From positions 128,001 to 192,000 of the forward strand of contig JBDHZC010000001.1 of assembly GCA_039811685.1 (NCBI GenBank): a stretch of DNA of 64,000 bases. The letters are read 5' to 3'. This stretch comes from Armatimonadota bacterium (GTDB lineage: Bacteria; Armatimonadota; UBA5829; DSUL01). The notes below the pieces were generated by a model, which was not told the origin of the DNA, searched no databases, and was given only the letters and a program-made list of their open reading frames with translations. Below are positions 30,344 through 39,652 of this stretch, one piece after another. The first letter of the stretch is position 1; every line of letters begins with the position of its first letter. The translations under genes and the position numbers were made by a program.

Positions 30344-31983
30344 CTGGAGGCGCCCTCCTGACTGGATTTCCCTGTTGGCCGCTGATTGCCAGTGCGCACT
30401 TTCTGGCCATCCTTCACGGGTTGCGCGCTCAGAACAATCACTCTCTGGCCGGGTTCTAGGCCGTTTGTGATTGCCACATCCGCAGCGTCAGACGCTCCAA
30501 GCGAGACAGTCTGCCCGTGCGCTGTGTCTTCAGCGTCCACCACCATAACGAGACTCCCCGTTTTTGTCTTCTGAATGGCCTCACGCGGCACCACAATGGC
30601 CTTTGGAATACGCTGGGCGGTCATCGTCACTCTGGCAAACATCCCTGGCTTAATGAGATTCCCGGGGTTTTCGATAGCGACGCGCGCAGTAAACTGACGG
30701 CTCATAGGATCTGCGGACGGGTTGAACTGCACCACTTTTCCGGGAAAGTCACGTCCCGGCAGAGCGTCAAGTGAAACCTGAGCAGGCACCCCAGGATACA
30801 CGCTGCGGCTGGCTTCTTCACTGACTGGCACACTGACCCAGAGGGTATTGACAGACTGTACCGACAAAATCGGTTGAGCGGGAGTAGCCATCGCGCCCGG
30901 GTCCATGTAGCGACCCGTCACGTAGCCGTCCAGAGGAGATTTGAGAATCGTATCCGCGCGTTGTGCTCGCGCCGCTGCGACATCAGCCTGAGCCGCCGCC
31001 ACCGCCGCCTGAAGGGCTGCTATGTTTTGAGCGTATGCGGGCGTCTGTGCGGCGTTGGCTTTGGCGTAGTCCAGAGCTGCTTCGGCCTGACTGACTTTTG
31101 CCTTCGCTGCCTCCACATCAGCCTGCGCTTTGGTTCGCGTGATCTGAAGCTGCTTTTCCGTTGCGCGTTGCTGAGCCTGCGCTGCGTCTCGCTGAGCCAC
31201 AGCCGCTTTGCGCTGTTCTGCCGCGACGTCCACCGCGCCTTGTTGGACGCTGAGAGTCGTCTTGGCGTCGTCCACATCCTGAGCGGCGACAAAACCCTGC
31301 TTATACAGATCTGTAATGCGGGTCAGTCTGGAAGTGGCGTTTGCAAGATTTGCCTTCGCGCTGTTGACTACTGCGTCAGCACTGGCGATGGCCGCCTGAG
31401 CAGCGCTGACTTTGCCTTCAGCCTCCGTCACCGCCGCAGTCGCAGCCGCAATCTGAGAGCTTAGATTCTTGGACGCCTGGTTGTAGTCCGCCTGCGCGCT
31501 GTTGAGCGCGGCAGCCTGCTGGCGGATGTTAGTAGTCACTCCTGTATTTGTGGGGTTCTGATTGATTTTTGCCTGAGCCAGTCTTGACTGCGCTTCAGCC
31601 AGAGCCGCCATTTTCTGTCTGAGCATGGCTTCAATTTCGGTGGGATCAATTCTTGCCAGAACCTGACCGGCTTTGACGCGGTCACCTTCGCGCACTTGCA
31701 GGTAGTCAAGACGTCCTGAGACTTTGGAGGCGATCTTGACATTCAGCTTGGATTCCACATTTCCCACGCCTTCGAACGTCTGGACGACGTCTTTGACGCG
31801 AACGGGCGCGACAGTGACCAGGGGAGCCATAGAACGCCGCAGCGCCATCATTTCCGCCTGCTGCGCCGCATCTCCAGCTTTCAGCTTGAGACGCCAGCCG
31901 ATGAGGAGAAGAAGCACGATCACCGGCAATGCAACCACCAGCCACCGGCGGTTGTCGCGCTCGGAATGAGAAGATTTGTTCAT
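30340..31983 (-). CDS. RND periplasmic adaptor (membrane fusion protein) with a long coiled coil
   Basis: N-terminal TM, lipoyl halves (SKVSGRL...VREGDRVKAGQ; KSPLDGYV), IKPGMFA; ATGA overlap with the RND start. Confidence 0.93.
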   Translation of the reverse strand: MNKSSHSERDNRRWLVVALPVIVLLLLIGWRLKLKAGDAAQQAEMMALRRSMAPLVTVAPVRVKDVVQTFEGVGNVESKLNVKIASKVSGRLDYLQVREGDRVKAGQVLARIDPTEIEAMLRQKMAALAEAQSRLAQAKINQNPTNTGVTTNIRQQAAALNSAQADYNQASKNLSSQIAAATAAVTEAEGKVSAAQAAIASADAVVNSAKANLANATSRLTRITDLYKQGFVAAQDVDDAKTTLSVQQGAVDVAAEQRKAAVAQRDAAQAQQRATEKQLQITRTKAQADVEAAKAKVSQAEAALDYAKANAAQTPAYAQNIAALQAAVAAAQADVAAARAQRADTILKSPLDGYVTGRYMDPGAMATPAQPILSVQSVNTLWVSVPVSEEASRSVYPGVPAQVSLDALPGRDFPGKVVQFNPSADPMSRQFTARVAIENPGNLIKPGMFARVTMTAQRIPKAIVVPREAIQKTKTGSLVMVVDAEDTAHGQTVSLGASDAADVAITNGLEPGQRVIVLSAQPVKDGQKVRTGNQRPTGKSSQEGASR

Positions 31984-31988
31984 CTTGA

Positions 31989-32008
31989 TAGTTAATATAT
32001 CTTAAATA
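31989..32008. promoter_or_regulatory. Candidate MarR operator
   Basis: AT-rich imperfect palindrome TAGTTAATATATCTTAAATA (16/20 self-complementary), 5 bp upstream of the efflux operon's first ATG. Confidence 0.6.
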
Positions 32009-32281
32009 TTGGTAACTGAAAGCGCGCTCGCCCCAGTGTTTAGCGTGGAATCGCGTAATGACGTCTGGCCACAGACGCCGTAAATGCGCATCGTGAGGCA
32101 GAATACCCGCGTGCATCAGTCAACTCAACGCCGCAGACTTTGTGAGGTTCCCGCTGCACGTGCGGAGTTCTCGGGAGCACACCCAGGTCAGCTGAGGTGT
32201 TCGGTCTCCTGTAAAGCGGCGCTGTCTGGTGTAAACCAATGGCCAGGGAATGCGCCGCTACGCCCGTCGCCAACCAGGGAA

Positions 32282-32968
32282 TTAGTAGTCCAAGCTTTCC
32301 CCGACCTTTATCACACGGGCCTTGCGTCCAGTGTCTTGAACGCGGCGCACGAACTCATTCGGGTCTGCTTTGATCAGATCGAACGTGTCGTAGTGCATTG
32401 GAACGCTGACGTCGGCGTTGACGAACTCTGCCGCGGTTACCGCGTCATCCAGACCCATGGTGAAGTTGTCGCCAATCGGTAGGAGCGCAAGGTCAATGGC
32501 ATTCCTCTCCCCGATTAGCTTCATGTCCAGAAACAGGCCCGTGTCACCGGCGTGGTAAAGCACTTTGCCGTCTGCAGCAATCAGCAGTCCGGCAGGAGGC
32601 CCCATGGATATCAGTCCCTCGCCGGTATCAATGGAGTTGCCGTGGTGGGCTATGGTCAGCTTGACACGCCCAAAGTCGAAATCGTGTCCTCCGCCAATGT
32701 GCATCGGATGGGCTTTGGCGCCCTGCGACTGGCAGTAACTGGCCAACTCGAAGGTGGAGATAATCGTGGCGTCACATCTTTTTGCAATGTCGAGTGCATC
32801 GCCAAAGTGATCTCCATGCGCGTGCGAAAGCAGCACGTAGTCAACCGTCACATCGGAGGCGCTTACTGGCGTCAGGGGATTGCCAGTCAGAAACGGGTCG
32901 ATTATCAGGCGGGCAGCGCTGGTCTCGACAAGGAACGCATCATGTCCGAAATAGGTCAGCTTTGGCAT
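32282..32968 (-). CDS. Metal-dependent hydrolase, metallo-beta-lactamase fold (UPF0173-like)
   Basis: IDPFLTGNP, SHAHGDH, YHAGDT, LPIGDNFTM, PMHYDTF. Confidence 0.92.
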   Translation of the reverse strand: MPKLTYFGHDAFLVETSAARLIIDPFLTGNPLTPVSASDVTVDYVLLSHAHGDHFGDALDIAKRCDATIISTFELASYCQSQGAKAHPMHIGGGHDFDFGRVKLTIAHHGNSIDTGEGLISMGPPAGLLIAADGKVLYHAGDTGLFLDMKLIGERNAIDLALLPIGDNFTMGLDDAVTAAEFVNADVSVPMHYDTFDLIKADPNEFVRRVQDTGRKARVIKVGESLDY

Positions 32969-32976
32969 AGTCTCTC

Positions 32977-33009
32977 CAGTCTCGCTCCGAGATATCCGGA
33001 GCGAGACTG
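32977..33009. other. Perfect 13-bp intergenic stem-loop abutting the hydrolase RBS
   Basis: CAGTCTCGCTCCG-agatatc-CGGAGCGAGACTG; no U-tract on either side. Confidence 0.75.
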
Positions 33010-33019
33010 CCCATGTCTT

Positions 33020-33265
33020 TTACGCCACGGCCACTGGTTCCTTCAGCTTCAGATAGCCGATGATGGCATCGTCGTCGTCGGCTATGATCTTTTCGCCGTC
33101 TATCAGCGTCGGAACAAAAGTCTGGCCACTGGCCTCTTTGAGCGCCGTGCGCTCTGCATGATCAGAGGGCACTGAAATGACTTCCAGTCCCGGTATCTTC
33201 GTAACATCGATCTCCCGAAGTACATGGTTGCAATACGGGCAGCCATGCAGAACAAACAGTTTCAT
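33020..33265 (-). CDS. Glutaredoxin-like protein (CPYC)
   Basis: GCPYC active site, SGQTFVPTL cis-Pro motif; RBS GAGGAG. Confidence 0.88.
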   Translation of the reverse strand: MKLFVLHGCPYCNHVLREIDVTKIPGLEVISVPSDHAERTALKEASGQTFVPTLIDGEKIIADDDDAIIGYLKLKEPVAVA

Positions 33266-33358
33266 AGATATCTCCTCATCTAAGCGCTACGCCGACCCAC
33301 GTTTCAGCGCAGCGCCAGTATATCCATAGAAGTCTTACCCAGATCGCACGATCTGAGC

Positions 33359-34315
33359 CTAGATTATGTCGTGCTCTGTACCGTCGAAGTCCCGGTAGTG
33401 CTCCACGCCGCAGTCCCAGTACTTCAGTGGCACCGGGATTTTGCCACTTCCGTACGGCGTGTCGATGACATAGGTCGGACAGGCCAGCCCACTCAAGGAT
33501 GAACGCAGGCGCGTCATAATCTCGCGCTCTTTTTCCAGGTCAACCCGGAAGTGGCTGATGCCTTCCACGGGGTCGCAGCGGTAGATGTAGTAAGGACGAA
33601 CGCCGATTTCGAAGAGCGTTGTAAACAGCTCGTACAGCGTGTCGTAATCGTCATTTACATCCTTCAGGAACACGGACTGACTGTAGAGGATGCCCCCGAT
33701 AGATTGAAGCTTCTTGACGGCCTCGCGCACTTCGGGCGTAATCTCAAGCGGATGCTCGAAATTCAGGCCCACGTACAGAGTCTGCGGCAGGCGCTTCAGG
33801 ATTTCCAGCTTTTTGTCGCTGACCAGCATCGGGTCCGTCACAGGCACCCGCGTACCCAGACGAATGACTTTCAGGCTGTCAATGCCGGCAAGCGTGTCAA
33901 TGACATAGGAGAACAGCTCTGTGGACACGAAGAGAGGATCTCCACCGGACATAATGGCGTCACGAATCTCCGTATGTTCAGTGAGATAGCTCTTCCACTG
34001 ATCCACCTCTTCCTTGCGAATACGCCCGCGCTCAACGTGAGAGACAATGCGCTTGCGCGTACAGAATCGGCAGTAGGTCGCGCACTGCGCTGTGAGCAGC
34101 AGCAAAGCGCGGTTCGGATATTTGTGTACAAGTCCGCGCACCGGCGTAAACTCGTCCTCGCGAAGCGGGTCGCGCGCCTCGTCCTCCTCCGTGATGAGCT
34201 CCTGCTCATCAAAGACGAACTGTTTGTGGATGGCAGGATCCTTTTGGACCAGTTGTTCAATGTAGCGCGATCGGCGCTCCAGCATCAGGTCTTCGTCGGT
34301 ATCCATCTTGAACAC
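33359..34315 (-). CDS. KamA-family radical SAM enzyme (lysine 2,3-aminomutase-like)
   Basis: HKYPNRALL, CATYCRFCTR (CxxxCxxC), SGGDPL, RLGTR, PYYIYRCD, PTYVID, GSGKIP (PLP lysine). Confidence 0.92.
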   Translation of the reverse strand: MFKMDTDEDLMLERRSRYIEQLVQKDPAIHKQFVFDEQELITEEDEARDPLREDEFTPVRGLVHKYPNRALLLLTAQCATYCRFCTRKRIVSHVERGRIRKEEVDQWKSYLTEHTEIRDAIMSGGDPLFVSTELFSYVIDTLAGIDSLKVIRLGTRVPVTDPMLVSDKKLEILKRLPQTLYVGLNFEHPLEITPEVREAVKKLQSIGGILYSQSVFLKDVNDDYDTLYELFTTLFEIGVRPYYIYRCDPVEGISHFRVDLEKEREIMTRLRSSLSGLACPTYVIDTPYGSGKIPVPLKYWDCGVEHYRDFDGTEHDII

Positions 34316-34330
34316 GGTGTGACACTCCCC

Positions 34331-35824
34331 TCAGGCACAGACAGTCATCACGGCTTCCGACATGCCGTGGATGAGCTTCTTGTTGTCGGGACAGACGGTT
34401 GCCAACACCCCGGCCAGAACAGGCTCATCGTTGACAACATAGTAGTACGGAGATAGCCGGGCACGGCCGTGCATATTGCCTTCGCGGCCGGACGCCGGGT
34501 CAAAGTACCCTACTTTGAGACGTCTTCCCTCATGAAATTCTTGCAGAATGTGTGGCGTCTGCGGATATTCCTCGAGCGCAGAGCGCAGCGCCTGTGCCCA
34601 CTCTTCCTGTGACACGTCATGCCCCACCACGACCCCGCGCGAGCCCCACGCCCGCGGGGAAAATCCGCTCGGTTTCACCACCAGCCGACGCTCTTTCTGG
34701 GACGCATCAGACAATGTCAGAAAGTCTCGTACAGGTTTGCCCCGGAAGGTGAGGCCTTCTATACTCGCGTGTCTGGGGACGGGCGCTGGATCCATCACCC
34801 AGGTTCTGGGCACTACGCGCCTCAAGAGATGGAAATGTTCACCCATCTCCTGCTGCCAGAACTCTGCCAGCCCCGCGTGGTGCAGAAGAGCAAGCGCCAG
34901 TTTCTCTTCCAGAAACGGCTTATAGGGTGGTGAGATCAGTGTTTTGCGCTTTTTGGCTGCGTAAGCGATGAGTTCGGACTTCGGAATGTTGCGCAGGTCA
35001 AACAATTCGTAGAAGCGCCACAGCACCTCAATCCGCCGCCAGTCATTCTCGTCTTCGGCCTGAATAGACAGGCCTTCTTCATCAAATCGAACGTCTCGAG
35101 GATGTACACACCACGCGCTGTATCCGGCTCTGCGTAGCGCCTCTGCCAGCGAGCCCATCTCCTGTCTGTAGCTTTCGGACTCATCGGACACAACGATGGC
35201 CAGAGTCCAGTCGTCTTTCTCCGCCACATCGGAAATCACGCGCGCAAAAGCCTCAGGGATTCCACTGCCACCACCTATGACATCCAGCCCATGATCCGCA
35301 TAGAAAGCGCTCATAATGGCGGTGTCTCCGGCGCCACCAGGGACGCTGTCCAGCTCTGTCACCCACATCTGGTCTTCTCCCAGAATCAGGTCAGGGCGCA
35401 GAAGGCGCGGAAGGTGATGCTTCGAAAAGTGCATCCGCGAGAGATCGGTCAGCCAGGACGGCTTCCCCTGATCCAACCAGTCCTTTACCCAGTCGTTGCC
35501 TTTTCGCAGATAAAGAGCATTGAGTGCCTTGTAGAAAGACCAGACTGCCCATCCGAGTTCGCCGATGAAAGCGGTCTCCTCAGCGCTGAGCGCAAAGGGA
35601 GCGGGGGAGAGACGGTGAAGCTCTGCTTCCGCTTCAGCCTTCCAGACACCTCTCTCGCGCAGAGTCTGCGCCAGTGTCTGTGCAAGATTCCCATGCGAGG
35701 CTTCGACGGCAGACTCTGGAGCTTCTACAGGGACGATACAGGCGCTCCCGGAGGAAGTAGAGCACGCCTCTTTGGATTCGAATTGATTCACGTGTATTAG
35801 TGCCTTTTCACGTACAGGCGGCAC
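34331..35824 (-). CDS. Circularly permuted ATP-grasp amide ligase (GspS/glutathione-synthetase-like fold)
   Basis: RPDLILG...TELDSVPGGAG, PPYKPFLEEKLALA, VVKPSG...WGSRGVVVG, ILQEF; start uncertain. Confidence 0.75.
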   Translation of the reverse strand: MPPVREKALIHVNQFESKEACSTSSGSACIVPVEAPESAVEASHGNLAQTLAQTLRERGVWKAEAEAELHRLSPAPFALSAEETAFIGELGWAVWSFYKALNALYLRKGNDWVKDWLDQGKPSWLTDLSRMHFSKHHLPRLLRPDLILGEDQMWVTELDSVPGGAGDTAIMSAFYADHGLDVIGGGSGIPEAFARVISDVAEKDDWTLAIVVSDESESYRQEMGSLAEALRRAGYSAWCVHPRDVRFDEEGLSIQAEDENDWRRIEVLWRFYELFDLRNIPKSELIAYAAKKRKTLISPPYKPFLEEKLALALLHHAGLAEFWQQEMGEHFHLLRRVVPRTWVMDPAPVPRHASIEGLTFRGKPVRDFLTLSDASQKERRLVVKPSGFSPRAWGSRGVVVGHDVSQEEWAQALRSALEEYPQTPHILQEFHEGRRLKVGYFDPASGREGNMHGRARLSPYYYVVNDEPVLAGVLATVCPDNKKLIHGMSEAVMTVCA

Positions 35825-36127
35825 GGCCGCAGTGGCCGTAGCTCTGCCCGATTATACCCTCTCTGCCCGAACTTTACAGGCATGGGCGGTGAGCTTGTGG
35901 ACGATTTCACGCCAAAGAAGAGACACGCGATCGTCTCAGCAAACCGCCTATGGCCAACAAACTAAAGGCATTTTGCGCCCACAGTGTTCCCGCAAACAGG
36001 CATCAGTGGTATCATTGACCTGCCAGCGCTTTCTTAGCTGGTCAGCCGCAGGCTCAATTGAACCGGCCACGGGAAGAGTCTGCAGGGATGATTTCGCAAC
36101 GTCACACAGTCGCTTTGTAACGGTCAG

Positions 36128-38290
36128 GTGCTCCAGATGAAGGTAAGCGTAGTTACTCTCGTCTTTATCGCGCTCGTCTGTCCTGCGCAGTCGAGTCAGG
36201 TGCTGGTGAGTATTCCGATGGACCAGCAGATAGATACCGGACAGGGAGCGGCGATTACCGGGTTCACTGAGTTCGCCACAGATGGCTCTGTTGGCTTCTG
36301 CCGCAAGAGACTGTCCGGCGGCGGCTGGTATTTCGGGCCGGAAGTCAACCTCGCCAGAGCCGGCTACGCCCCGTATGTGGACATGTCCGCGCCCGGCAGC
36401 CAGATTCGCTACACCGCCCGCTACTTTCAGGGCGGTGGAAACACAAATCCGTACGGAGATGCTCCGATCTTCGTGACTCTGCGCGATGTCAACGGATTCT
36501 CCCGCAATCTCGGCATCTCTTACGGGCCACGCCCGAATCCGGTGTATCCGGCCTGGATTGAGGTCTCCGATAGCATGACCGCCGACGATGGAGATCAGAG
36601 CTTTGACCCATCCAGAGTCGTTGAGGTCGCGTTCTACGGTACGGACTGGGCGGGGGCTGGCCAGGACTTCATCGAGGTTCGTGACCTCACCCTTGTCGCA
36701 GGCACCACGTACAACCCTGTTTCTATTCCTACGGTGAAACAGTCCGGGATTGGCAGCGAGATGGATACGGAAGGCGTGGTCACCGCGACATTTCCACTGC
36801 AAGGCCGATTCTATATCCAGGACTTGACCATGGCGGTAGGTCTGCAGATAAGGTCCAGCGCGCTTCCGGAGATTGGCGAGCGGATCCAGGTCAAGGGCAC
36901 ACTTCAGAAAGACCTTCAGACTGAGGAGCTTTTTCTGGATGCGTCTGAGTGGGGTTCCACCGGGATCGAGGAGCTTCGTCCGATTTTTATGCAAGTCTCC
37001 AGACTCGGCGGAGCGGACGCTGGATCTCAAAGGGGCGTTGAAGGCGGACAGGGCGCTAACAATGTGGGTCTATTGGTGAAGGTCTGGGGGACAGTGCTGG
37101 ACAAGAGCCCGAACTGTGAGACGATCACACTCTCGGATGTGAGTGGCCTTGCCCAGCCGCTGAAAGTTGATCTTTCCGGCCTCAGCCCGGGGCGCAGACT
37201 TAACACCTCAGCCGGTGAGCGCATTCTGATCACGGGTATCTCCAGCCTCTACCAAGATGACAGTGGAAAGATTCGATCGGCGCTGCTCTGCCGTGGCCTG
37301 GTTGACTACGACAGCTACTTCACGCAAGAGACTGCCCCTCCGGTCATCAAGGTCGCTGTCCTGAACTGTGATCCCTATTGTCCGGCCTACGGTAACAAAC
37401 GAACGCACGAGCACTTCGGCTGGAACGACACACAGGACCTGGTTGACGAGTATATCGCCGACATGCGCCACGCGAGCGGAGGATGGTGTCAGTACGAAGT
37501 CGTGTCGTGGTTTGACGCTCAGTACTATCCAAAGTTTGACGACGGCTTCCAGTACACACCAGATGACTATGTCACCGCCTGGACCAATCAGACGCTGCAT
37601 ACGGGCAGTACCGATTACGGCGTTCTGATGTCTGACGCGTCTTACCCGCACAACCAGCCGTCCAGCTATAGCAGCCGGGTTGACGCAGGCGAGATAGACG
37701 AAGTGTGGGTGTTTGCTCCTCCCGGGTCTTACGCCGGGTGGGAGGCCAGCATGGTCGGCCCGCGCCCGTTCTTCGTCAACGGTGGCGTTTACACGTTGCC
37801 GGGCTCAATCCGGAACTTCGTCGTCATGGGGTTCAACTTCGAACGCGGTGTTGGCGAGATGCTGGAGGACTTCGTACACCGGTCAGAGTGCACGATGTCG
37901 CATGTTTATGGCCCTCCGGACTGGTGGTTCCCGACTTTCCCTGCGACCAGCAACTGGGATCGCTTCCGTATGATAGACCTGCGAGGTCCAGGCGAGTCAG
38001 CCGTGGGTATGTGCCACTACGCTCCGAATAGCGCAACTGACTATGACTGGGGGAATATGACTCCGGTCTGGAGTATGTGCGATGACTGGCTGACCAACTG
38101 GCCGGCCCTGCAGGGCGCTAGTACGAAGCGGATTGTGGACGCGACGGAGTGGGGTAGCGGCGACATCCGCCTGCATCACAGGTGGTGGCTGGAGCGTTTG
38201 CCACGAGCATCGGGGGTCAACCTGGACGGCAAGCAGAACAACTGGTGGCGCTATATCCTCACGCACTGGCTCTATCCTGAGACGAACTAA
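36128..38290 (+). CDS. Secreted multidomain protein: beta-rich N-domain, shared double-OB-like module, putative metallopeptidase-like C-domain
   Basis: Signal peptide MKVSVVTLVFIALVCPA; central ANNVGLLVKVWG module; GFNFERGVGEMLEDFVHRSE; Trp-rich tail NNWWRYI. Confidence 0.75.
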   Translation: MLQMKVSVVTLVFIALVCPAQSSQVLVSIPMDQQIDTGQGAAITGFTEFATDGSVGFCRKRLSGGGWYFGPEVNLARAGYAPYVDMSAPGSQIRYTARYFQGGGNTNPYGDAPIFVTLRDVNGFSRNLGISYGPRPNPVYPAWIEVSDSMTADDGDQSFDPSRVVEVAFYGTDWAGAGQDFIEVRDLTLVAGTTYNPVSIPTVKQSGIGSEMDTEGVVTATFPLQGRFYIQDLTMAVGLQIRSSALPEIGERIQVKGTLQKDLQTEELFLDASEWGSTGIEELRPIFMQVSRLGGADAGSQRGVEGGQGANNVGLLVKVWGTVLDKSPNCETITLSDVSGLAQPLKVDLSGLSPGRRLNTSAGERILITGISSLYQDDSGKIRSALLCRGLVDYDSYFTQETAPPVIKVAVLNCDPYCPAYGNKRTHEHFGWNDTQDLVDEYIADMRHASGGWCQYEVVSWFDAQYYPKFDDGFQYTPDDYVTAWTNQTLHTGSTDYGVLMSDASYPHNQPSSYSSRVDAGEIDEVWVFAPPGSYAGWEASMVGPRPFFVNGGVYTLPGSIRNFVVMGFNFERGVGEMLEDFVHRSECTMSHVYGPPDWWFPTFPATSNWDRFRMIDLRGPGESAVGMCHYAPNSATDYDWGNMTPVWSMCDDWLTNWPALQGASTKRIVDATEWGSGDIRLHHRWWLERLPRASGVNLDGKQNNWWRYILTHWLYPETN

Positions 38291-38371
38291 AGCCGCTGCA
38301 AGTACCGGACGCACAAATCTGTTGGACCCGCTACTCTCTCACTCTTCAGACTCCCGATCGAGAGCAGTGTG

Positions 38372-39265
38372 TCAGTCAGGCTTCACAGGTGGTGTTGGCA
38401 TACTTGGGGGAGCAGACCCTGGCGATGGCGCGGCGCCTGGCTTGCGCTGGCGTCCACCCATCATCTTTTCCATCTGCTTGGAAAGGTCGCCCATACTCAT
38501 CACCTGCGCTCCGGCAGGCAGTTCGAAGTCCTTGTCTGGAACCGAATTGATGGACGAATATCGCATCTTGACGGTCTTCCCGTTCGCAGTTGCCTGTCTT
38601 GGGAGGGCGTACTGCTTGTCTATCCAGGCCGTACTGGATGGTGTGGAGACTTTCCAGCACACCACGCCGTCCACTGTGTCTGTGGTGATCTTGGGCTTTT
38701 CCGATTGGAGTCGCTTGAGAGACAACTCTGCCGCGTGAGCGGCGTCGTTGTTCTTGGAGGGCGGCATGCTCATCTTCATTACTGGGCCGCCCTGTGGAGC
38801 CTGGACGTACTGCACTTTTTTGTCCAACTGCATCAGGCTCCATCCCTGTCCAGCCGTCGAAGACTTGATACGCACCGGGGCGCCGTCTTTCAGCTTGACG
38901 CTCTGCGTCACCTTGTTCCCCTGAATGTCCATCGTGACAGTGTAGCTCTTGAGCGACTTCTGAGCTGTCGCAATCTGAGACCACGGGTTGGACGAGGACG
39001 ACGAGGCTGTCTTGTCGGGCTGGCCTGGCTCTGTCGCCGTTGCGGCGCTTGTTTCTTTGGAGTCCGGCGCTTTAGTTGCTGAAGTGGTCGGCGCGGACGG
39101 TGACGATGAGTTCGAAGTGGTTTTGGGATTTTCAGGCTTCGCACAGCCGCTTAGCGCTGCCAGCGCTGCAAGTGACAGAGTGAGCAGTGTGAAGCTGCCG
39201 TTCCGGGAGAAGCAAGAAAGTTTGCCGAGTCTCAGATGCCGCATTTTGGAATTCCTCGTGTCCAT
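38372..39265 (-). CDS. Lipoprotein, possibly LolA-like fold
   Basis: Lipobox LSGC after a hydrophobic stretch, S/T/A-rich linker, TVDGVVCWKV...AWIDKQYALP...DFELPAG pattern. Confidence 0.7.
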   Translation of the reverse strand: MDTRNSKMRHLRLGKLSCFSRNGSFTLLTLSLAALAALSGCAKPENPKTTSNSSSPSAPTTSATKAPDSKETSAATATEPGQPDKTASSSSSNPWSQIATAQKSLKSYTVTMDIQGNKVTQSVKLKDGAPVRIKSSTAGQGWSLMQLDKKVQYVQAPQGGPVMKMSMPPSKNNDAAHAAELSLKRLQSEKPKITTDTVDGVVCWKVSTPSSTAWIDKQYALPRQATANGKTVKMRYSSINSVPDKDFELPAGAQVMSMGDLSKQMEKMMGGRQRKPGAAPSPGSAPPSMPTPPVKPD

Positions 39266-39553
39266 TTTGTCTTCAGGTTAGTTGCGCGCTTGCCGCAGTC
39301 TGCGCAAAGACAGAAGACACCGTTCAACGTGCGGCGCCCATCGTCCTGCTTCGCCTTGCATTTTTTGTTGAAACGCATATGTTTGAGGGTCGGGCTTGAC
39401 CTGTGTCCTTTGTGCGGGCTTCCACTGGCACACGAATCGTCATCGGTCCTGGCGGCGGTTTGTAGTGAGCGTTCACAGTCACACACTGGAACAGAAAATG
39501 CTGAAAATATGATAGCGTGCCCTCGTGCTGATTTGCTGCGTGACAATCAGACG

Positions 39554-39582
39554 TTGACTTTGTGAACGGACGGGCTTACAAT
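39554..39582 (+). promoter_or_regulatory. Sigma70-type promoter of the CotH-FGE-PEP-CTERM unit
   Basis: TTGACT-17 bp-TACAAT. Confidence 0.65.
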
Positions 39583-39652
39583 ATCAACAGTAACTTCTGT
39601 CGTGCGCCCGGCCAGGATGAAGGACGTCACGTGAATTGGGGGAGGTCGCCCA

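Noticed and set aside
33359..34315. Naming the radical SAM gene epmB, kamA or ablA
   Set aside because: Family membership is clear, but the diagnostic partners (efp/epmA, kamDE, ablB) are absent from the window, so no symbol was assigned.
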